64,000 nt of DNA from Tubulanus polymorphus (lineage: Eukaryota; Animalia; Nemertea). This document shows positions 54,050 through 64,000 of this stretch, one piece after another. Under the pieces are notes generated by a model. It ran no database searches, was not told the DNA's origin, and saw nothing but the letters and a program-made list of their open reading frames with translations. The translations under genes were made by a program, and so were the position numbers. Position 1 is the stretch's first letter. Each line of letters begins with the position of its first letter. The stretch lies in contig NC_134027.1 in assembly GCF_964204645.1 (NCBI RefSeq), forward strand, positions 13,610,485 to 13,674,484, given 5' to 3'.

Positions 54050-54350
54050 ATGAGAGAAATCCAGTACACACTTATGATGCAGGAAGAAGTCATTCCCCAA
54101 CAAGCTCATTGGCTATGACCATGGGTACCTGGAATTCAAGAGCACCTAGTTTAAGGGTAACATCAACTGCCCACTTAAAGTGACAAGGCCTGCCCATTTT
54201 CTGTGGTAGGGTTACCAACTACCGATTTCAGATCACAAGGGTCTTGGCTCCTAGGGCTAGCTTCCCAGAATGAAAATCTAAGAACAGTTGCTGAGGCTCC
54301 TGTATCCAGGAGGATCGACGCTGTGGCCCTCAAGTTCACCTAACCCAATA
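54050..54350 (-). mobile_element. LTR retrotransposon aspartic protease fragment (second copy 58264-58564)
   Basis: ILLDTGASATVL and ..GNDFFLHHKCVLDF on the minus strand, frameshifted. Confidence 0.65.
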
Positions 54351-57300
54351 GGGAATATCAACAAATTCAGGTTCTGGAATTTCTCGCTTGATTGCGCTAG
54401 TCAGAACCGGAAATTGGTACCTAAATCCGCCATGTTCTAGTTCACTTGCGATAAAAATCTGGCGCTTCAAAGCATTATTTTACTTACTATATACATTGTC
54501 ATGAGTAATCCTTTAAGTATGATATCATGTGTTGGATTCGATAAAATTCCGCTTCAAACGCTAAAATGTAAAAAAATTACTAAGAATCACAAATTTAGCG
54601 AAGCAGCTGATTGAAGTAAAGACTGGTGCTGGTTGTCATCACTTTGTTGTTGAGTGCATGACTCTAAGGTGAATTTATTGCAGCCTACACTGATAGATAT
54701 AAATAATACCATGAAATAAAATTGATTTTAGAAGGACTGCAATCGTAGATCCATAATCATAATGAAAATGTGAAAAGTACAAGGACTCAACCGACAATCA
54801 AAATTGGGGCGCCATGTGCTGTCACCATGTGATACCCGCCAACCAGTCTTTACATTGTCAGCTGTCGCAAAATGTTTTTTGGTAACTTTAGGACATTTAT
54901 TAGGGTTTTCTGACTTTCGTCGAAAACCCTCTTGAAATTCTGTTGATTATTATTATTATTATATATTTTCCGCCGATTTCGTCCAATAAAATTCATCTTC
55001 ATTCAGATTGGACAACTGACAGCTTCGAAACGATATGTATAAATTGATACTGTAGAAACGGTCTCTCTGAACCAACAGATTGTCTGAATGTACTTTCCAT
55101 CCTATTTGAAACTTAAAATTACTTATTAGGTTACTGTAAATAAAGAATTGAATTGAATTGTTAGACAAGCACCGGCGAAATAACAGTTTGTGACGTCATT
55201 TAGTAAGTAAATAAAGGAGGGCTCGCTGATGTCGTCAAACGCAGAAGTAAAACGCGGAAGTTTAGTCCATCTATCTATTCATTGCTACTGTCTGATTGTG
55301 AATGAAAACCGAAAGCATGTTGATATCGATGTCAATTTTAAAAGGGCCGGCTACTATATGTCCGTTCGGACTTGTTCCTGTCGACTAATCCATCACACTC
55401 GATAGTCAAATGTAGGAACATTTAAAAAAAAGATACCGCATCATTTTCTGCAGAAGGGCCTGACCAGAAACAGAATATATATTTTTTTGGCCTTACGCAG
55501 TTTATTCATGCAGCAATAGAATAAATCTTCATGTAGCTTGGTGTGAATTACTCTTAGAATCAAAAGCAAATACTAATCAATTTTGATTTTAACTATCAAA
55601 CCTAAATTCAAGAAAACACTAACCAACCACAACCTAATCAAATTTCAAATGAAACAAATATAACAACAACAATGCTTATCTACTCTGTGTATATGTGTAT
55701 CAATTATGCACTACAAATAATCATTAACTTATCAGTCCCGTATTTGAAATCTGTGTAGAAATGAGGTCTCATAGATAGTTACCAAACGTCTTTGGCAAAA
55801 TTATAAATAAGTTCCTGCGAAACAGAGTGAAATATTGGAAACGTCCAGTTCCAATATTTCTATCGAACGAACTCAATGAGTTTGCCACGATTTCTGCTAT
55901 GATGAATCGCCAAATACTAACAGTTAACTTCAAATGTGATCATCCAGCAAAAGTTCTGATAAATCTCTTGATTCCAGGAGTGGAGAAATTATATGAAATT
56001 TCTCAAATTCTCTGTTTTCAGAACCAGTTTCCTCACAGCAATAATTTAGCTCATTCCTTAATTTAAATATAAATCCGCGGAGGATAAACTGCTTAATTTG
56101 GGGCTAAAAATGTTAGATAAATACTTGTATTCCTTGGAAACTTCGAAAAAATAGTTCCAAGGAAAATAGTCCCGTTCGAAATCATGAAATGGCATATTAG
56201 TCTAGCAAAAACTAGTTATTGAGGCCTAGTCTAGCTATTGAACCCACTTGTACTATTACAGAAGAGAGCTGTAAGATTAATTTCTCATTCAAATTACCTA
56301 GCACATACAGATCCCATATTCAAACGTTTAAAAATCTTGAAACTCCGCGATATTAATGACTTACAATTAGCTGTTTTCGTTTATAAATTTGCCAATTCCT
56401 TACTACCTGCATCTTTCAACGGTTATTGGAGATCAAAATTCCAAATACACCGACGTAATACTAGGAAAAAGTTCGATTTAGAAATTGATAAATTCAAAAC
56501 CCTAAAACGAAAATTTTTGGTCAAATTGTCCAATTGGTCAATTGCACCAATCCTCTGGAATAAGCTACCAAATTCGCTTAAAGAAAAACCTAGTATTAAT
56601 TCGTTTCGTCTTAGCTATAAAAAACTGAAGTTTTCCTTATAAAGCTATTTTGTGAGCTGTTCAGATGCTCCAATTATTCCTAATTCATCTATTTCTGTGT
56701 GGTGTGTTATTATGAACATGTGATCGAGTGTGTGAGGGGTATGTGTGTTTCCGCGTGTATGCGTACGTCTGAGTGTGGTATGAATGTAAGGGGCCTTGCA
56801 TACATAAGCATTTTTTTGCTTCTCCAAGACCCTGCCCTTTTATTACAACATGAATATCACGTATAGACTAGACCTTAACACTAGTCTATGCGCCCATGAT
56901 GACACTTATATATAACAGTACCCTTGTATTCTTTTATATAACTTTGTATGCATAATCGTGTTATAATTCGAGGGAAAATAAAAGGTATTAATCGGCAAAT
57001 ATTGCCCAAAAATCTCAAACTATCAACAGTCCATTCGCCAATAGACCAAATGATAATCAGATTATTCCTAAATATCAGTTAACTAAGATTTTCCTCAGAA
57101 TTTCTGAAACTACCAAAAAGATTACCAAATAAGGATATATCATGTGATCAAATGATAATCACTAAAATGAACATTAATCTGGTGATGAAATTCAACTACG
57201 CATTGAAAAAGATAGAAACATCAACTTGGAACGTCTCAAAAAAGTGGTGAAGCTTCTTCCCAATCATGGGAAAAAGTAGGGATTTTTGACAGTGTTTAAG

Positions 57301-60300
57301 TGAAGCAAATGATTTCATTGACATGGTCACAAAATCCCTCAAAACTGAAAGAGTATGATCATAAATCATCGAAATTGAATAGATTCTATCATGAATACCT
57401 TAATAACGATCTAAAATACAGATGTGTTTGGCAGTAGTTAAAATTGTATAAAGCAATGCGTTGTTGATATTGTAGGCCTTGAGGAGTCATCGGAATCTCG
57501 TCGAAATTTGACATTAATCGCTAAATCAAACAGTCTGTCGGTCAGCACTAATTAAAAAAAGGGGAATTGAAAGAAATTGAAGCCAGAATCAATGCTCAGT
57601 CGGATCATATAAAGAATATGTGAACAATTTGACTGTTTAACAGATGCATTTTTCACATGTTCTTCATATGTTGTTTCTGTCTCTCTCAATGCATCGATTT
57701 CCCATCTTCTTGTTGGATTTGTTACATTTGCTGTAATTAACCTCATCACTTCCGCAGATAATGTAACGTACCTCACCAGAATTCAAACCCTATGGCATCA
57801 ATCAATTCAAATAAGAATGGTATTAGAGGCTGTTAAAGTTACTAATCCTCCATCTATGTGTAAAAATTGGAACTAAATTGAGGCAGACTATAGGAAGCCT
57901 ATAGTACGGTTACACACCAGGGGTGTAATGGCTCACCACACCAGCAATTGTAGTAAACATATATATTTGCGACGTAAATATATGTCACAAGTGGTTAAAA
58001 CATTTCTAAAAATTACATTAGAGTTGAGGTGAGTTCTGTTTTGTCATGGATATTTCAGAATTTTTACCTTGAATGTCCTTGAAAGGTCCGGGAGTTTAAC
58101 TTCTTACCAAGTGTATGAACCCTGCCACAGACTGCAGTGGATTGAAGCAGCCAACTGGTTCCTTTAGCGTTTCAGCAGAGAAAATTGCAATCCTGACGGG
58201 TATGCTTGGGTTTTGGGAATTCTGTCAGAGGGTTATTTCATTCGGGCCCCACTGCAGCACTCGATGAGAGAAATCCAGTACACACTTATGATGCAGGAAG
58301 AAGTCATTCCCCAACAAGCTCATTGGCTATGACCATGGGTACCTGGAATTCAAGAGCACCTAGTTTAAGGGTAACATCAACTGCCCACTTAAAGTGACAA
58401 GGCCTGCCCATTTTCTGTGGTAGGGTTACCAACTACCGATTTCAGATCACAAGGGTCTTGGCTCCTAGGGCTAGCTTCCCAGAATGAAAATCTAAGAACA
58501 GTTGCTGAGGCTCCTGTATCCAGGAGGATCGACGCTGTGGCCCTCAAGTTCACCTAACCCAATAGGGAATATCAACAAATTCAGGTTCTGGAATTTCTCG
58601 CTTGATTGCGCTAGTCAGAACCGGAAATTGGTACCTAAATCCGCCATGTTCTAGTTCACTTGCGATAAAAATCTGGCGCTTCAAAGCATTATTTTACTTA
58701 CTATATACATTGTCATGAGTAATCCTTTAAGTATGATATCATGTGTTGGATTCGATAAAATTCCGCTTCAAACGCTAAAATGTAAAAAAATTACTAAGAA
58801 TCACAAATTTAGCGAAGCAGCTGATTGAAGTAAAGACTGGTGCTGGTTGTCATCACTTTGTTGTTGAGTGCATGACTCTAAGGTGAATTTATTGCAGCCT
58901 ACACTGATAGATATAAATAATACCATGAAATAAAATTGATTTTAGAAGGACTGCAATCGTAGATCCATAATCATAATGAAAATGTGAAAAGTACAAGGAC
59001 TCAACCGACAATCAAAATTGGGGCGCCATGTGCTGTCACCATGTGATACCCGCCAACCAGTCTTTACATTGTCAGCTGTCGCAAAATGTTTTTTGGTAAC
59101 TTTAGGACATTTATTAGGGTTTTCTGACTTTCGTCGAAAACCCTCTTGAAATTCTGTTGATTATTATTATTATTATATATTTTCCGCCGATTTCGTCCAA
59201 TAAAATTCATCTTCATTCAGATTGGACAACTGACAGCTTCGAAACGATATGTATAAATTGATACTGTAGAAACGGTCTCTCTGAACCAACAGATTGTCTG
59301 AATGTACTTTCCATCCTATTTGAAACTTAAAATTACTTATTAGGTTACTGTAAATAAAGAATTGAATTGAATTGTTAGACAAGCACCGGCGAAATAACAG
59401 TTTGTGACGTCATTTAGTAAGTAAATAAAGGAGGGCTCCGAGAATTTCCAAATCACGGGGGACTATACTGGGGTTAGACCATTCAACCAAAAAGAGGATT
59501 GCTCCGATAATATCCAAATCATCTCATTTTATTTTTTCCATCGAATACCCGGTAATTAATTTTTCCTTTCGATCACATGCATCCAGAAAACCCGTTATCG
59601 CTGCTTTGCAGCTATATTTTATATTTGCTTTCGGAATTATTCAAATGGTAACTATGATAATAATTACATAATCACACAAAATTTTAGTGGTTTACCAATG
59701 CCGTCACTTTTGAGCAAATGCATTCACTTTTTGTGGCACAAAATTTAATGCCAATAGTGGTACTAATTTGCTATGTAAAATTATGATGTAAACGTCCGAT
59801 GACCCACATACATGACGTTTAGACGGAGATTCCTCATTAACAGGATTCCCTATGCATGGCAACAACCAATTTGAGTTACCCACACCTGCTACGGAGTCTC
59901 GTCGGTAGACTGTTAAGTAATGCATTTACCTTGCGAAACTTGTATTCTAAATCTATATTGTATGAATAGAATCGAGGTATGACTGTATGCGTGTAACGGT
60001 CAGTTTCTGAAGTCATATGAGAATAATTGCTGTACATTTTCGTATGTCTAACTTGGATCAAAAGTTTCAAGATTCATTTTCACTGAATTATGTGCCAGTC
60101 ATTTGTGTCATTAAAACATAAAACGGACAAGTTACTTCGATTCATTGCAAGTTATTTCCACGAGATTAGCTCAGTAGTACCATGGACTCTTAAATGAAGT
60201 CCACGGTGGCCCAAAATACGTAGTTCTGCATACCCACGGAAAATAAAATTTACTGGTTTTAGAGAAATGACAGGTTTTGGTCATCCCATATTACATTTTG

Positions 60301-60459
60301 AGAAAAAAAGTTGTACTGATTCCTTGGGACTTATAAATTAAGTCCCAAGAGATTCGACTTATGCGTATTCTACTGCATAGATATGTAAATGCTCATGCAA
60401 TGCTCACTACCCAAAATATTAATTCAATAATGTATCAAAATTTTGTTTTCTACCTTCAG

Positions 60460-60629
60460 TTGTCGCTACAAGGACCTTGCTTGGTGATAGCTATTTGGAG
60501 TTTCAACAAACCGAAGTTCTTCCAATACAATTTCCCTGGTACAATGGGATATCATTTCGAACAAATAAGCAAGATGTATTGCTTATGTTTATTGTGCTCG
60601 GCAACAAAAATACAAATGCAACTATAGAG
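60460..60629 (+). CDS. Celsr: Celsr exon (LamG2)
   Basis: LLGDSYLEF..IQFPWYNGISFRT. Confidence 0.88.
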
Positions 60630-60713
60630 GTATTGAGTGTAGCTCAATTCACAGGTAATCACTGACCTATCATTGGACTCTTTGAGTGTAAAAATTCCCT
60701 TTGCATATTTCAG

Positions 60714-60863
60714 GTGGTGAAAGGTTTTATTAAGTGCAGTTTAAACAATCATGTGTTAGTGTTTGATCAGATAACACTTTCAGATGGAAAGTGGCATCAT
60801 CTAGAAATCAGATGGGAAATCTCTGAAGTCATCCTTACTTTAAACTATGGACAAGCTATACAG
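60714..60863 (+). CDS. Celsr: Celsr exon (LamG2)
   Basis: LSDGKWHHLEIRW..LTLNYG. Confidence 0.88.
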
Positions 60864-61497
60864 GTAACGCATGCCAAATTATTAAGGATTTTAAGCAATT
60901 AATAGACTGCATTTCCTTTTCCCCTTGAACCATCTTTTTACCTATTAGTTCTCAAGGAACAGAAAAATTTTGAATAAAAGTTTATCAGCGAGTCGTTGAA
61001 ATTAATTTATTTATTAAGTCAACTAATATGCAGATGAATACATCATTTAGTGTGAACAGGCACCTTGTAAACTTTGTACCTGTAGGTGTGTTAACCCATC
61101 GTTGTGACTTGATAAGCAATGAAATTCGACCTAATAAGTCAAATTTCAAGTTAATTATGTAGAAATTCGAGTTATTTTCATGGCGAATTTCCGAGTTATT
61201 TTCATGTCAATGTCGAATTTCGACTTAATATCGAAATTCGAGTTATTAAGTCGAAAATTATCTCATTTGTCACCTGGGGGCTTCCGTAGTTAAAAGATCA
61301 TAGAAATATAGTAAATTACAAGACCATTTTGATTGATAGAATTCAACCACCTGGTGGATCCCAAGATATGAGATTTCATTGCAGTTTGCCCAGTCCTCAT
61401 TGATACTAACAAGCAAACAAGGCATGGTGTATGCTATGAATAGGGAATAGAATAATTTGCCTTAATTTATTGCATATGACTATTTTTTTGCTTTTAG

Positions 61498-61786
61498 AAA
61501 TATACTGCAATGACTATTGGCATTGATGGATTGACCGTTCGAAAAATCTATGTTGGTGGACTCCTATCATCGGCAACAGATGGTGGTAACCATGTATTGA
61601 AAGGATTTAAAGGCTGTGTCAAAAATATCTATGTTGGAAACTTTGTGAATTCTCATTTGCGATTGTCATCTCAATACAATACACTAGAAGACTGTAATTT
61701 TGCTGATGGATGCAGATATAATCCTTGTCCTAAAAACAGCACATGTCTAAGAAATTTGGATGAACACAGATGCAAATGTGACAAAG
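61498..61786 (+). CDS. Celsr: Celsr exon (end of LamG2, EGF)
   Basis: IYVGG..GFKGCVKN..CRYNPCPKNSTC..CKCDK. Confidence 0.88.
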
Positions 61787-62178
61787 GTAACAAATATCAA
61801 GCATATAAGCCCGGGTTATTATGATCCATGCCTATAGATTTTATTTTAGTCTTTATATACAGAATCCCACGCTGATATAATGAGAAAGATAAAGATAATG
61901 TCTGAAAAGTAACTATGTACTAAGGACTATAACCTAATTATCATCAGGAATACAGAGTTAATAAAAATATGCCAAGAACAAAGACAAATTTAGTATTTAA
62001 AACTGAAGTAATTGAGGGGAATTAAAATATAGAACTTTGAGAAAATATGACAGATGAAAATACAGTAGTACACAAATCGTTCCTTGAATATTCAAAAACT
62101 CTCTTTGAATTATTGGTTTTATCGTTTCTATGGATAGGACATTTCTACTGGATAAATGGTTTTACCTTTCATTTATAG

Positions 62179-62444
62179 GGTTTTATGGAGAAATGTGTGA
62201 GAACATATGTGAAAATTTCAATCCTTGTCAACATGGTGGAATCTGTCGTTTTGATAAGCAGTCTCCTCATGGTTATCGGTGCTCATGTAATGAATATCAT
62301 AGTGGAAAATATTGTGAACATGTGATCGGCCAGCCATGCCCTAAGGGATGGTACGGATATCCAATATGTGGCCCTTGCAACTGTCCGAGTTCAGGAGGAT
62401 TTGCTCCATCGTGTAATACATCTACTGGTGATTGCGTTTGTGAG
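62179..62444 (+). CDS. Celsr: Celsr exon (EGF, laminin-EGF); gene continues beyond window
   Basis: NPCQHGGIC..HGYRCSC..QPCPKGWYGYPICGPCNC..CNTSTGDCVCE. Confidence 0.9.
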
Positions 62445-64000
62445 GTAATGGAATGGAAGGTGGCACTTCTAATATTACGCTTATTATATCAGTCATTTTG
62501 TCTCATATATTTTTCTAAAAAAGTTGTATGCCCTTTGAGCACAGGCACTGAAAAAATTCAGTTTAAATTCAACATGATTAAGACAAATGATAGGCAGTAT
62601 TTCACGATGGGTCTTGGGAATTATTATGCTGCCATATGCAAATAATGTACATTTTTGGCCTATAATTATAACGTTACGTTGGTGCCTTTTCCTCATTAGC
62701 TCTCTACACACTTCAAATTATGTGCAATTTTCTTGTAGCTTGGTTGCTATAATGGCGGTAGGTCCAGGGATGAAATCAAAAATATTGCTTTTCCAATGTG
62801 GCTACCAGGGTGGACATCTTGAATTTCTATTTAGTACTCTACATAACATCAAACAACGTGCGATTTCTTATAAACCTAGCGCCATCTAGTTATCTATGTT
62901 GTGAAATGCAGAAGTAAAACGCTGAAGTTTAATCCATCTATTTATTGCTATTGTCTTGATTGTGAATGAAAAGCGGTTTTTGAATAGACAAAGGCATGTT
63001 GATATCGATATTAACTGTGAAAGGGCCGGCTACTATACATCCATTCAGATTTGTTATCTACAATGTAGTGTACGCATTTTCAGAAAAACCTCACTCCCCT
63101 TTTGCATACACAACAAATGGACGACGCCTAGTCATATGTAGGATTGTTTTTAAAAAACCGCATCACCGCATCTTTTTGTGCAGAAGGCCCTGACCAGAAA
63201 CAGAATATATTTTTTTTGGCCTAATGTACTAGGTCCATATTTTACACCTGAAATTCAGCTTTCTGGCTGTCCAAAAATTGCTGCCAAGATGGACATCTTC
63301 CATTATATCACCCTGGTAGGTCCACGGATTAGGCCCTCCCATAGTACTCAATCAAAAATAAAGTTTCTTGCTGTTACAATGTGGCCTGATTTTCGAGATA
63401 CGGAACTTTGCCATATCAGAGAATTTTATATAGCATTATCAAAAGATGAATGTAGGTTGTAACTCCATCCAAAAATTGGCCTGTTAATTTATATTTATTG
63501 AATAGATAATTTGTTTCATATAGAGCAATGGTACCTTATGAATTGATTAATTTTTTGAGAATAACTAATGAGATATCAGGTTACTACCATTTTTCAATAA
63601 ATAATCAAACCTATGTGGGGGGGTGCTATTGTTTTTATGGGACGTCGAGGGATGTACATGCAAAACTATAAAGTCTATCCCAGTGGTTATAACTGCCACA
63701 GTTCTTCATAGAGTCTTATCATTATACATTGGATCCATGTGGTTTTTATACACTGAACCCTATGTGTTACTGATATCAGGCGACTACTGAATGCAAGAGT
63801 CAATGATATCCCATCAACTATGAGTTGTTCAAGGCTCATTTCAATAACCATTCTAATAACAAAATCTCTTTGTTCCTGTGGATTTGATTTTTTATTAGCA
63901 TTGGTTGACGTCTATGACGTCATGCCAATGCTAGTAAAATAGATCGAAAATAGTAGTACGAAAAAATAGCGCCGACTCTTCTCATTTTCATAGTAACTTC

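Larger units (their letters stand above)
51009..59436 (+). repeat. Tandem duplication, two 4214-bp units (51009-55222, 55223-59436)
   Basis: Five ORF pairs offset by exactly 4214; almost identical sequence; TC microhomology at junction. Confidence 0.97.

Overview
Eukaryotic (invertebrate animal) genomic DNA with two parts. (1) Positions 1-~12765 hold a very AT-rich, decayed Maverick/Polinton (polintovirus-type) endogenous element. It has a protein-primed PolB whose catalytic motif C is interrupted by an intein with a LAGLIDADG homing endonuclease, a zinc-finger ORF, minor- and major-capsid-like genes, several hydrophobic ORFs, a retroviral-type integrase with chromodomain and an A32-like packaging ATPase cut off by a LINE insertion. 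Ten of its genes start at an identical ATAAATG, usually behind a T-run, which resembles poxvirus late promoters. (2) Positions ~18571 to beyond the window end hold a Celsr/Flamingo (starry night) gene, of which 13 coding exons can be spliced in frame by eye (cadherin, EGF, LamG, laminin-EGF). Its introns are full of nested mobile DNA: Tc1/mariner-type and Harbinger-type MITEs, Helentron-like elements, BEL and Gypsy fragments, a Penelope-type minimal hammerhead ribozyme, a near-perfect 4214-bp tandem duplication, and a 4.3-kb TIR element carrying a spliced KDZ transposase facing an NRF1/erect-wing-like DNA-binding-domain exon. All family assignments come from motif recognition, with no database search.
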